From: Camelus dromedarius
Taxonomy: Eukaryota
Assembly (NCBI RefSeq): GCF_036321535.1
Contig: NC_087437.1
Span: 68,202,001 to 68,266,000 of the forward strand
Direction: 5' to 3'
DNA length: 64,000 nucleotides
Every line of letters begins with the position of its first letter. The stretch's first letter is position 1. Below the pieces are notes generated by a model. It made no database searches and was not told the DNA's origin. It was given only the letters and a program-made list of their open reading frames with translations. Shown in pieces: positions 26,701-39,500 of this stretch. The position numbers were made by a program, and so were the translations under genes.

Positions 26701-27920
26701 GCATAGGCTTATTTCTCCTTCTCTTGGGGGTTGTTGGAAACAGAGTGTATGACAGGAAGTGTAAGTGAAATCTGGATAGTTGTGGGAATAATCATAAGGA
26801 GACTGGAATTTCCTTAACCAGGAGATTAAATGGAAAGAAAAATAAAGGGAAAAAACCCTGAAAGTCTGGAAGTTCCTCTCTGAGTAAAATTTTCTATAAA
26901 ATACTATCACCTGAGAACCATAAGCCTGAAACATATTCCAAAGCTTTTTTCAACTACCTTCTAACTAATCCCAAACCTTCAATATTATTGTAAGAATCCC
27001 CATCTCTCAGGGTTGCTGTAGGCATGGTATATTATAAAAGAAAATATTGTTCAGACTCTAAAGTCATTATTCACATCTTTGTGTATATTTGGGAATGGAG
27101 ATGTCCAGCCACATAATCAGAGCTATTTGTTTTCTTTCAGAAAGTAAGCCTGCATTGCTCAGCCACGGTACGCTCCAGAGCATAGCATGCTGTGAAGTGT
27201 ACCTTTAAATAAGGAAAGTTACAGTGGTCTTCATTGGACTTGACTCTGATGTGGAAGGAAAGTCCCTGGACTTTAAATGATGCAGGATAGTCAACAAGCA
27301 CCACGGGGAGTGGTTAACGTGGGTTGGTTTGGTTGGGGAAGGTTCCAAGTAGAAGGCGGAGCTGGATGTCCTTAGGGGATGAGAGTAGTACAGTGAGCAA
27401 ACCAAATGGAGAAAAGGCTTTAGTGTGGGGAACAGTGTGGAACATAGTCCCTCAGGCAGGAGGATGTGTCAAAGAAGATAGGAGTACTGGACGACTCCAT
27501 GGAGAGTAGGTTAAAGAGGTTTCAGAAAGCTCCAATCAGCATAGGTATTCCAGGAGACATGTCTGTCGCCTCTTTCCTTTTGTTCTGTTTTGTTTGCCTG
27601 CAGTAATATCCACACTCGGGTCATTGGGAACATAAGAGGTGGAGAGAGACTCTGGGCTCCACTGCTGTTTTGCCATTACATTTTGGTTCTGTGTAGTGGC
27701 GGCAGACATGATTATTGCTAAGCCTTAGTGTAAGGAAGAGCCACTTGGGAGATTGGCCATTTTGCCAAGTCCCCAATCTGTCATCTGTCTTCTATCTCTG
27801 TCTTCAGTGCTTTTGAGTACAGATGGCCAGGAAACCACGGGAAGGAGTTGGACCACTCAAACTGGTCTATACTCTGAAAGGTTTTAGGCAGAGAGGGGAC
27901 CACCAGTTGGGTTCAAAGGA

Positions 27921-28383
27921 AGATTAATTTGCTAGGGTTGCCATAACGCAATATCACAGACCAGATAACTTAAGCAGTAGAAATTTGTTACCTTACCATT
28001 CCGGAGGCTAGAAGTTCAAATTCGAGGAATAGGCAGGATTGTTTCTTCAGAGGACTGCTCTGGGAGACTCTGTCCTGTGCTTTTCTCTTAGCTTCAAAGG
28101 GTTTGCTGGCAATTTTTTGTTTACTTGGCTTGCAGGTGTATCAACCAATCTCTGCCTTCATGTTCACATGGCATTCTCCCTGGGTGTGTGTCTGTGTTCA
28201 AATGTCTCCTTTTTATAAGGACAGCAGCCATACTGGGTTAGAGGCCCATCCTACTTGGGTACCACCTATCTTAACTAATTATATCTGCAATGATGGTATT
28301 TCCAAATAAGGTCACACTCGGAAGTACTAGGGGTTAGAACTTAAATGTATTAATTTTGGGGGTACATGATTCAACCCATAACA
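27921..28383 (-). mobile_element. MLT1C-like MaLR solo LTR
   Basis: ttgctagggttgccataac...ggaggctagaagttcaaa...tttccaaataaggtcacac...attcaacccataaca. Confidence 0.9.
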
Positions 28384-29097
28384 AGAAGGATAAGCAGTAG
28401 TGCTCTTTCCAGTTACTCCAGACTTGATTTTTTTCTCTCTATAAAATGCATATATTCTTTTCAGTAATTATTCAAGTTCATATTTTGGAGGAAGTGGGGG
28501 ACCAAGAAGATCTCCTAACAAACCACCTTCTCATTAATCTCCCCCAGGTTGCTGTAGCAGGATAGTTTTCTGGAAGGGGATGGACCTTAATCTTTACCTG
28601 TAACTGGGTATCTTCCCAGGAGATTGTTGTCTCATTCACTGAAGCCCTCTAGGAAGTAGAGTTTTGTTTGTACTTGTAGGAAAGAAGGAAGGAAGGACAG
28701 ACAAACAGACTGCACTGGGAAAAAGAGAGAGGAAGAGTGACAGGGAGAGAGCAGTCAGGAGAGGGGAGAGAGAGAGGGAATAGTAGCAGGGGAGGAAGAA
28801 AAGGCTCCTCCTTTGCCCACCTCTAAGAACATAATGCCTCGGTGCCCTTCTTCACTCAATTCTGATGCACGGGGATTATAGCAGCATCTCCACTGACTGT
28901 GTCTGTGTAACATCTAAAACAAGGAAGCACGTTCTAAATAGTGTGGTAATGATTAGAAAGAAGTAAAGAAATTTTTCAAGACATTAACATTGAAAAAAGC
29001 AGCTCTGGGTGTGATTTGTGTAAAAGTAGTTTTTTCCAAACATATCTGCCTATTGAACCTAACAGTCAAAACACGTGGCAAACATTTTCACAGTTTT

Positions 29098-29113
29098 CCA
29101 CCAGGGGGTGCTC
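29098..29113 (+). promoter_or_regulatory. CTCF binding motif
   Basis: CCACCAGGGGGTGCTC is a near-consensus CTCF core (CCACCAGGGGGCGC) in sequence where I recognise no repeat. Confidence 0.7.
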
Positions 29114-30789
29114 CCCCCAACAGAACGAAACAAGAAAACTTGAAAACATTTGACTGAACAGCCCCAAAGAAAACATTTGTTTCTGCCAAAATCATGGAAA
29201 CAAACATTTTTTTTTCCTTTGGGAAACCAGCATATTGGCTCCTGAAACGAGGTTTGAGGGAAAAAAGAAAACAGCTTCTATAGCATATATGCATATATTT
29301 TAAACCTGCCTGAAGGAAGATAAAACTGAGAGTTGGCTGATGATAGGTTTGATTATTTAGAAATTGAAAGAGTCCCAGTGAGCTGTCTCAGACCATTTCC
29401 AGCTTAAGAACTTTTAGAACATTAAATACAAATGGAGAGACAGAAGCCAATTCTCCTGACTCCCATAAAACTCTTAAAAACATACACTCTACATAATATA
29501 TAGAGTTGAAACCTCTTAGAAGCTATGTAGGAATTACTATTAAGCGAGCATCCTAAGATGTGATTTTACCCAGACTCTACAAAGTGCCAGTTAGATATAT
29601 CACATATCTGAGATCCTGCTCTTGGGAGTTGTTTATGTAAGTCACCAACATCCCTACTTTAAAGAACTTAATCTTAAAACTTAGAACCAAGAATTTAGTC
29701 CTGTGGTGTGGAACTCAAGGAACAAATTTCTTCGAAGCAATTTACATCATGAACCTTGTTGTTTTTACACAAATTTTCTTTATTCAGGGAATAAAATACT
29801 TACAGGGAAATATTCCTATAGTTCACATCCCCCTTGCCCTCAAAGAAGAAAATAGAGTTCCTCAACCTTAAATTAATTGCACAGTAGTTCCTGAAATGTC
29901 AAAGGCAGGTGTGAGAAGAAGTGGTCCTCGCCTCCGTTCCTGACTGCTCAGACACACACGGCCATTCCTGCCTCTGTATCAGCTCGGGAGAAGGAAAAGG
30001 AAGAAGGGAAGAGGATGCTTTTATGGCTAAAAGAGCCTCGAGTTTCCTTTGCTCTTTATAGTACAATAAATTGATAATTCCCTTCACATCTCATAGGCCT
30101 GATATAGTTAACCTTACTGCCTATTGATAAAAGAAAACTAAAACCAGGCCTCCTTTTACAAAGATGAGGTTTACAATTTTTAGAAAATTCACAGCAGCAA
30201 TAATGCCACAGCGAATCACCTCAGGGAGCAATGCTGATTTCTGTTTCTGGCACGCCATTCCAGAAAACAGCCCTGGGTTCTCACGAGCAAGATAGTGATT
30301 GTACACAGAATCATTTATATCATTGTGTGGAAAATGATAACCCTAAAAAAATTTCCCAACCTGTTTCTTTATTGGATTCTACTTCCTAAAATAAGGGCGA
30401 ATAAATAGGTATCTGGGAGAATTAGAGGGGTGAGCGGGTGAGGATTAATTCCATATTGCATGTATGTGATACTCTGCTTTTTATAGCTCCTGCTTAAATA
30501 AGCTTGAAAATAAAGCCATGGATCGATGGCCTGAGATGTATCATTACAGAGAATGAAACCCTGGGGTTAACTTAACTGGCCATTCGTCTATGCAGTGAAC
30601 AGATAGGATCCTGGGGATCTCAGATATGTGCTATGGCCTGCTGTGGCCCCTGCATACTGTTTGCACTGTAACCTGGGTCCTGCATCACCAGATATTAAGG
30701 GAGAGAGGAAACAGCAGAAACCTCATAATGGTAGGAAGGGTAACAGGGAGTAATAGATTCAGGTAGCCCTTTATAGTTAACTGATTTTA

Positions 30790-31675
30790 ATAATAACATC
30801 AGTAACTCTTGAGTGACTGGTGTGTACCAGGTATCTCTGAAACATTATTTTTGACCCTCACATCATCTCTTTAAACCCTAGCTCTGTTGCTGGTAAATGT
30901 AACCAGTGTCCAGGTTCTTGTTCTGTCCCAGAAAGAATTCAGAGACAGGACACGGAGGTTAAGAAAGTAAAGTGAGGATTTATTAAGGGATAGACAGTAC
31001 ACTCTCAAGAGGAGAGCAGGCTGGCTCAGGTGAGCAGCTGCCAGGAGTTTCTTTGGCAAGTTGGTTACATAGAGTGTGAAAATGAATGGGTGGAATATTC
31101 ATTAGGGAGGGAGGACTCTGGGGTTGTATTCCCTGATTTTCATCCCAACTCCACCTTCCCAAAGGGAGAAGGGATTTTTGTCCTTATTTAGTCTGAATCC
31201 AAAGTGTCATGGCATCAGTGCATGATGGGAACTTCTAATCTGCAAGGCTAATTTTATTGAAATTAGGGCATAATGAGCAAGAGGTTAATTTGGACACTGG
31301 AGATTCCTGCCTTTTCCCGCCTTTCTTTGTTGGCCTCTAGGCCTCTCATCACCCCACAAGTTGTGACCTCTTATCAGCCCAGAGGTTTCTGCTTTTCTTT
31401 CTCTGCCCTGGGATCCCTGGTGCTTACATGATGTATGATTTCCTGTATTCAGCCTGTGCCCCTCCTTTCTGCCCAATTCCTGCCATTTGGCCTGTGTCCC
31501 CCTTTCTCTGCTCATATCTGCCTGCTCTAACAGCTCCATTTTTAGAGATAAAAAAACTTCCAGCCTCAAAAAAGCTAAGTGACTTAACTTGCTCAGGAAT
31601 CCTGCAGCTAGTGTGTGGCTGAATTTTTATTTGAATGCAGGCCTCTTGTCTTCAAAGTGCAATCACTTTCTCCCA
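30790..31675 (-). mobile_element. MIR split in two by the LTR insertion (30790-30884 and 31533-31675)
   Basis: The left half (tgtgtaccagg...accctcac) and right half (ccatttttagagataaaaaaact...aagtgacttaacttgctcagg) join into one MIR. Confidence 0.65.
30885..31532 (-). mobile_element. Lineage-specific ERV1-type solo LTR (648 bp, MER41-like) with 4-bp TSD
   Basis: TGTT...AACA termini, TSD GCTC at 30881-30884 and 31533-31536, and a minus-strand AATAAA at 30984-30979 near the 3' end. Confidence 0.85.
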
Positions 31676-31784
31676 TGTCAAGTACAAGTCATGAGGCGCC
31701 ATCACGGACTTGTATGTTCTTGTGCAAGAGTAGCATTTCACAGAGTAGCTGCTTCTTTCCTTTTCATGAAGTTGCTCATTCTTT

Positions 31785-31950
31785 TAGTGACTCTGTGCAA
31801 GTCACTTAACCTCTTTTGATACCTGATTTCTTGTTTGTAAGATGCACCTAATGCATAGAGTTACAACAAGGATTAATGAGTAAATATGTGTGAAGCACTT
31901 TTGAGAGTGCTTTGCATGCAGTAAGCAGTATATAAAACTGAGTCATTATC
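31785..31950 (+). mobile_element. MIR SINE
   Basis: gtgcaagtcacttaacctct...aggattaatgagtaaatatgtgtgaagcact. Confidence 0.85.
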
Positions 31951-34408
31951 TTAGGACTGTTGTCAAAATTTAACATTCATGAAAAGAGTTTCCTGAGAAC
32001 ACTTCAGCAAGGAGTAATACTTCTGAATTATAAGACTTCAGAGGACAGGCTTAGGCTTATATGGTAGGAAAGATGAAAGGTCTTCAGTTCACACCATTTA
32101 GTTGAAAAGGTGGTTAACTGGGATTAAGATAAAAGGACATTTCAGGAATGAAACTCTGATCTTCTAGGAACTTAGCCAAGTGTGCTTCAGGTATATTAAA
32201 TATTCTACATAATGGTTCTTGCCTTTGCTTCTGGCAGGATCTGCCGTATAGGCCAAGTCTTTTATTCTGAACCTAGACAAACAGAGAAGAAAAACAGCAT
32301 GGCAGAATGGTGAGAGGCTGTCAGACTGAAGTCTCATGGTGAGCCAATCAAGAGGGAAGAAAAAGCATTAGTACAATATCACTTATTTATAATGTAAGTT
32401 TTGAGAAACTTTGTACAGTTCGGGTTGGGAGACAAGTATCCTATCCGCTGACTTTTCCTTCTTCCCTGCCATCCTTGCTCCCTGAGCGCTGGTTCTTTGT
32501 TTCCTCACAAGGCAGCTGGCTTGACCGACCTTCCTAATGTTTTCTTTTGAAAATAATAAAAATGTAAAAGCCACTCCCCCATAGTCACGTAAAGATATGT
32601 CACTTTCACAAACGTCTTCCTTTTCCTCCGCTGTTTAAATGGTGGTGCTTATGAGGCTCGGGGCAGAGAGAGCCATCCACCTTGTGTGCTTTCCAGGGAA
32701 AGACCCTGCCCCTAGGCCTTGTCCCCTCCCTGCAGCAGCCTGACTCAGAAACCATCCTCCAGTCGCCTCCTCAGTCACAGCATAGCTGCCTAGTCACCTC
32801 TCCAGGACCCCCGTTTCAGCCTTGTTCTGCAGCAGCTGTGGCGTTGTGGAAACCTCACGCTTCTGCTGCTACACGTGCCCTACAATTTGCTCGCTATTGC
32901 ACAGGGTGACCACACACAAGCTTGTGTCAGAGATGCTCTAAATCTTGCCCAAACAATCTGGTCGTTATTCTATCCTGATAGGTCCCTGCAAGTGCAGATT
33001 AAAAACTCAGACTGTCAGAACTGAAAGGAAGTCTTGCCGTCATCTTGTTTACCATCTTCCGTTTTTTTTCACATAAGGTGACTAATGCCCACGTCACTGT
33101 TTGTAGATAACCCCACACCAGAATCCAGGGTTGCTGTTTCTTCCTTTGTGTCATGTGACACATCCGATTTGTTTTGATACTGTGATGCGTGTTGCTGTCT
33201 GAAGTATCTCATTTTTAACTCCAAATATAACCACTGATTTTTTTAAATCTCTATCTCCTCAGTATATTTGTGAGTAGTCAAAATGGATGGCATTTTACAT
33301 GGTATAATTAAAGAAATTCTAAGAGATCCCTGCTGTATGCATTTTCAGGGAATGGCTAAGTCTTGGGGCTCAAAAAAAATCAATCTTTCTAATCTTAATT
33401 TATAACTACATAAAATATTATGGAATTTTATATTTTAAGTCTTATAATCAGGAAAATAATAGGATAAGATATTTATTAAGTACTTTTTATTAAAGAATTT
33501 TAGACAAGTAATACCAACAGTCAATTTTTAGATTTGTCAGAAAATTATGACTGAAGTAATTGTGTTCAGGTGCTCATGCATAGACAGTAGAGAAACCAAA
33601 TGCTTCTGGGGAAATATTTATTCATATCCTTATCTCTAAATATATAGGTAATACTATGGCAATGTATGTGTTACATAATATATTTATTTTAAACAGTAAG
33701 TAATTAAAACTAAAAAATAGCTTCAAGTGGTGGTTTCCACCACGTATTTTAGAATGAGAATATTGTAAAGTTACTTAGGTCAAGATTATTTTTCCTGGTC
33801 CGGGCCTGATAAATTATCATCACTGGTGATGGGGTCCTGGAATATTCATTTTAAGCATCTATTAAGTTGAATCTGTTATATCAGAACCTCACTTAGATAA
33901 AATCTGATTTAAAAATCGATTTGCCTGATAGCAAAGATTTTCAAAATAACACTAAATGCAACCATACTTGCATTAATTATCAATAACACTTGGAGATTTT
34001 TTGCTTTTAAAATGCTAAGACTACTACCCCCATCCCTACTTCAAGCCCTTTCTGAAAATGCTGTTGGTCGGAAGGTGCAGACTAATGACTGGAGAGCCGG
34101 AGTGCTGACTGTGATTACACCCGCTTGCCTCTGGAGCCTCAGATGTCGGCTGTGGTGGACGGGACGTGTCCTAGGAATGGGGCAGCACCGGAGGTGGGAG
34201 GTGAGGCGCTTACTTCCTTAGCCTAGTCTGTTCCCCTGGAGATCTAGCCTCTCTAATTGATTAGCAGGTGTTTATCTTTGTAATTCCTCTTAATGTGCTG
34301 CTTCTGGGCAGAGTTTGTGGGGAGCTGGGGAAAGGCAATATATACATATTGAGATCATCCTGTTAGTGGTAAACTCCGGCAGTGCTGAGGCCTAAATATT
34401 TCCTTCCT

Positions 34409-34720
34409 AATGCTGGCCAACATAAGTCTGATGCAATCCACACATGTAGTTTTAAATTTTCCAGTAGCCACACTTCTGAAAAAGGAAAAAGAGGTGAAAT
34501 CAATTTTATAATGTATTTTATTTTGACCATTTATATAAACTATTATCATTTCAGTGTGCAGTCAACACAAGAATACTAATTAGATGTTACACATTTTTCT
34601 GTAATGAGTCCTCAAAACCCAGTGTGTATTTTGGACTTGCAGCCCAACTGAGTTTGGACTGGTCACAGGTCAAGTGCTAAATAGCCACAAGTAGCTAATT
34701 GCTACTGTATTGGACAGCGA
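34409..34720. mobile_element. MER33-like hAT-Charlie element
   Basis: ttaaattttccagtagccacac...aaaaagaggtgaaatcaatttt...caagtgctaaatagccacaagtagcta...gtattggacagc. Confidence 0.85.
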
Positions 34721-36124
34721 AGTTCTGAAAGATAAAAATTTGTTTTTAATCATTATTTTAGAAACACTGAACTAACATTGTTGTCAAGAGTAACTTTAGG
34801 GTATTGAGAAATATGTGGCTTATTAATAACTGCTATAGAAAATACTTGGCCAAATTACTGAAATTATTATGGTGGTTCCCAATTGTGCTGCTATTTTATT
34901 TGCATGAACTTGCCCAAAATATGTGCTAATAGGTAGAGGAAGGAAGATAATCTCCAAAAGATTTTAAACCTCAAAGAGGGGATTCTCACTTCAGGTGATA
35001 GCTACATAAATCAAAAAGCCCCTGTCAGGCTCAGTAATTCTTTTTGAAAATCTTTGGTTCCTTTACATATTCAAAACCAACAGAATCCCCTGGGAATTGG
35101 CTAAAAAAAAAAAAATATCACTGTGGAGTCTGAACAGAGCAGCAAGCATGCTGTTTCCCAGAGAGGGTGCTGAGATAGTAAGGAAAGGCCATTTCTATAG
35201 ATCAGATTGCTGGAGAGCTAATCAGACTTTCCACAGGCAGTGACAGCGGGCAGGTTATTTTGATGTTTCTCCGCTCATGGGGACCAGCAGGATGTGACAA
35301 AAGTGGTTTGCCTCAGACACACACATCATAGTTTCCTTTAGGATTTTTAAAAAAATAATAATTATAATGTTTATTTCAACAGAAAAGGGAAAACTCAAGT
35401 ATTTTTGAACATTGACCAGGACACATATGACCTCCAGTTAGGGGTTCTCTACTGGACTGGCCTTAGGAAAACTCAAAGGAGTCACTTCACATCTGCTCTT
35501 GGTGGGTGTCCTAAGAAAGGGGTCATGCCGGGAGAGTTCTGTGGAGGAAAAACACCTTCATTTTCTCTTTAAAATTATGAAACAAGAAGGGGAGGGAAAT
35601 ACAATGAGTAAATACGGTGTTTAGCCACTCAGGGAGTGCTCTAGCTGCTCTTCATCGTTGTTTTACATCCTAGAGGAAGTGGTTGCAAAGAAATCAGATT
35701 CTCAACCATTACCTGTCTTACAAATTAAAGCCATCACGTTAATTGGGCTAATTAGAAGTCCATTGCAGCCTAGAGAATACAGGTTGTTTCAATTAGGTCC
35801 ATTACCTCTTATAAAAGGTTATCAGCAGAACCCCCCCCAGACAGGGGACCACAAAACTCTCTTTTATTCGAAAAAGGTTTTGGCAGTAAAGAGATCCATC
35901 TCTCCCAGGAAAGTTTCCTAGATTATTCCCATCCCATTCAAACTGCTTCTTGTATTTTATGACTCTTCAATGCTAATTTTGTTTAGAATGGATGACTTTG
36001 TGATGGTCATTTCCTAGCCATGGGACTACCCTAAACCATACAAAACAACAATAAAACCAACACCATAAAAATATAATAGACTGCACATTTTCCTCCAATA
36101 GATGTCAGAAGTAAATAGGTCTTT

Positions 36125-36700
36125 GTATTTATGAATAATTTTAGCACACATTATATACCAGGCAAGATGCTAGGCACCATCAATCAACATTGAACATGAT
36201 AGATATGACATCTGCCTTCAAGGGGCTTACTGTCTAGTTGGGGAAATAAGCATTAAACATAATGCCATGAAAATACTGATTGCAACTGTGAAAAACTCTA
36301 CAAATTAAACTCTATCAAAGCTTACAAGTGAAAATTTCAATAGATGAATAATCCCAAAACATATAATATAAAAAAAGATCCTCTTCACCAATAAAACAGA
36401 AGTTAAGCAATGAGATTAAATATCATTTTCACCTATTAAGTTGGAAATAAATACTCTGGAGATTTGTCTTATCATGCATTGCTGGAGGTGTTGTCTATTT
36501 GGACCACCGCTTTGGCAAACAATTTCACAGTGTGCATACAATTCCATAAACATGTTCACATTCTTTGACAACTCCCTTCCAAGGTTATCTTTAAGTCTAA
36601 ATAGGGAGGAAAAAAAAATAACACACATGAAACTATTAACCTGTTTTTATAATGGTTAGAAATCAGGAGTTCCCTAAATGTCAGAAATGGATAAATGTTG
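36125..36700. mobile_element. L2 fragment (minus) followed by old L1M fragment (plus)
   Basis: ccaggcaagatgctaggcac...ctgccttcaaggggcttactgtctagttgggga, then atcattttcacctattaagttggaaa...ccgctttggcaaacaattt. Confidence 0.6.
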
Positions 36701-37334
36701 TGTAAATAGGGAAAATTGTAATTATAGGAGCAAAATACACTCAGTTCAGGCAGTTCTAGTTCAAATCCCGTTCTATTTATTAAAATTTTTCTTGTCTGTC
36801 AAGTGGAGATAATTTGTAAAATGCTGATTAAAAAAAAAGTAGTATGTTTAGAAAGTCAATTCATAGAAGAATATCCCCTTCTCCCTGCTCCCAAATGAAA
36901 ACTTGTTCTTTCAGGGCAAGTACAATGTACTTGATTTTTAATTTTCACCTCAGGACATCTAAAGCAGAGCAGTTAGAGACTAAGATTTAGCAAGAGTCTG
37001 TGCAACAGGTACTGGGCTGAGTGCTTTCATTCTTGTTTTTGGTTTATTTTGTTTCATGGGAAGGAGGCATTTTTTACATTGTTAGCATAACTTGTACATC
37101 ACCCTAAATACAAATAGAAGGTGGAGCTTCTGATGAAAGCTCCCCCTAGCATTTTCCGTAGAAACCAGTGCACACACTGACGTTTGGGTGAGAGATAGCT
37201 GAAATCTGAATCATTGGAAAGCATTTTCTTGCCTTTGCCTCTTTTTGGTTGGTCACAGTGGGGGAGCAGACTCTGGAAAGGACTTAGCACTTCACAGCAT
37301 CAGACTCCTCCTCCTCTTGCTGCATTCTTTCATC

Positions 37335-37530
37335 TAGTGTTTTGCATTCCTCGCTGCACATCAGGATGACTTGGGGAGTATTTTATGTAAATGCCTTCCC
37401 CTCCCTCCCCAACATAAAGAAATTCTGATTTCCTTGATCTGGCATATGCTCTGGACATTGGTTTTTTTTTTGTTTGTTTTTTTTTTTTTTTTGAAGCTTC
37501 CCAAGTGATTTTAACTGCAACCACATGGCA
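37335..37530. mobile_element. MER5A-like element
   Basis: gctgcacatcaggatgacttggggag...gaaattctgatt...aagcttcccaagtgattttaa. Confidence 0.7.
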
Positions 37531-37579
37531 GAGTTAGCTTTGTTCCAAGACTCTTGAGAAAAGGGACAAAATAAAAGTT

Positions 37580-37606
37580 TTTGTTGTTGTTGTTGTTGTT
37601 GTTGTT
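37580..37606. repeat. (TTG)n microsatellite
   Basis: Direct TTG run. Confidence 0.9.
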
Positions 37607-38689
37607 AGTAAATGTAGAAGATTTGTGTCTCCTTCCCTTTTTGTTCCTAACAAGGAGAGTAGCAGATAGACTGTAATTAGCTTGTTTCTACATTTCTGCT
37701 CACCCAGGCCCTCCAGACTCTGAAGATTCATGACAGACTTTTTTTCTCTTTTGAAGTATCATGCATCATTTTTCTCTTCCCCTCTCAATGAGAGAAATTC
37801 TACAATCCATGACACACTTTTCCCCGTTCTTGTCAGATGCTTTCGCCTGCAACATTTCCTTTTGTTCTTCTGTCTTCATAGGCATTTCGGTATTAGCCCA
37901 TCATCTACTGGAAGGAAGTGAAAATGTTTTGAATCCTAATTCCCTCCCAGATATTGGATACTGTCATTAAATGATGCAAAGCATTTTCAAGAATTTATGG
38001 CAGTTTATCCCCAGACTTTTTGCTTATTTGTAGCTGCAAGATATTTCATGTTTGTAATATTTTCAGCATGCTTTTGAGCATACTTTTTCAGACATTTAGC
38101 ACACTTAATGTAGGCCAGTTACATCTGACTGGCTGTTAGAATATGCTATGCTGCTTTGCACTAGCGAGATTTTATGACATTAGGATTTAAACACACTGAA
38201 AAGTATTTTTTATTGTTCTAGAGCAAGAAAAGTCCCTGCCTCCCCATTGAAAATGCTATTTGGTCAAATATTTAGTGAGGGCTACAGGGTGATGAGCCCT
38301 GTTCTAGAGGCTGTGGATACTATTGAAAGCAAGATAGAAAGAGGACCTACTTTTTATAGTGCTTAGACTTCAGTGAGGGTTTCCTTAGATTTAATTCCTG
38401 AAAGTGGGATTATATAAAAAGAATTAACTAAACGATTAAAATAATTGCCAGTATATAGATATGTGATAAAAACCTAAAACATTAATTATAAAATTAAATT
38501 AAAACAATTCTAGAATGTAAGTTGTAGCTATCTGGTGTTCACTGCATGATTCTTTTTCAACTTTTCTGAGTTTTTGAAAAATTTAACAGTACAGTGGGTT
38601 TTTTCCTGATTTCTTGCCCTGACATTTCAGGAAAGTAAAATATATATCTATCAAAATGAAGATTAGTATTTAAACTAAACAAAATTTAC

Positions 38690-39500
38690 AGGCAAATTTC
38701 AGTCTAGGAAAACTTGTCTAGCTAATATAGTAAATAAAATATTTATTTTTCAAAACATAGAGTGCATGTACAAGTCACTGGAAAAATATTAGTGCCCCAC
38801 TGAAAAAGGAAGCAAGAACAATATGCAAAAAATAGAAAATGAACAAGGAAGAAATGAAACAAGAGCAACCATAATAGTAATCAAATACATGTAAAGTAAA
38901 AAGGAATTTCCTTTAGGGTTTATTTACTTAGAAAATATTGTAGCAAAAAAAATTATTAAGCTTTGCTGTTGGGTACGATTGGATTCTTGTGTAGGAAGCA
39001 GGTAATGGAATTTGAATTAGCAATATTCTGGAAAGCAATTGGGAGAGGTATATATCATGAGCTTTAAAAACCTTTTTTCCCTTTGACCCTGTAATACCAC
39101 TTCTAGAAATGGCTTCTCACAAAATAATTAAAGATGCAATCAGAGATCTATCTATAAGAATATTTATTTAAAAACTCCTTATAATAGCAAAGCAGAAGGA
39201 CTAAATGTCCAATAATAGAATATTTAAACAAATAATAGAGCTGTTATAGTAATACATATTAAGCAATTATTAACCATTTTTTAAAGAATATTTGAACCAG
39301 TGTGGAAGTGTGCGTAACATTAGATATGAAAAACACTATATAAAAACCATGCCAATTTAAAAAAGAATAAAATGTAAATTTCTAGGAAGAGTGGAAATAC
39401 ATATTTAAAAACAAAACAGCAATTTTCATTAGATGATTTTAAATTTGGTCTTTTATGTTTTTGCTGTAAGAGCATTCATTATGGTTGTTTTAAAAAATGT
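38690..39500 (+). mobile_element. Old L1ME-like fragment
   Basis: ttctggaaagcaatt...ccctttgaccctgtaataccacttctagaaat...ctaaatgtccaataatagaa. Confidence 0.7.

Noticed and set aside
30241..30270. Hairpin CTGTTTCTGG-N9-CCAGAAAACAG
   Set aside because: The stem is short and bulged, too small for a pre-miRNA, and terminator logic does not apply to mammalian DNA.
30885..31532. STAT1/GAS interferon-enhancer role as described for primate MER41
   Set aside because: I found no canonical TTCNNNGAA site in this LTR, and the family assignment is tentative.
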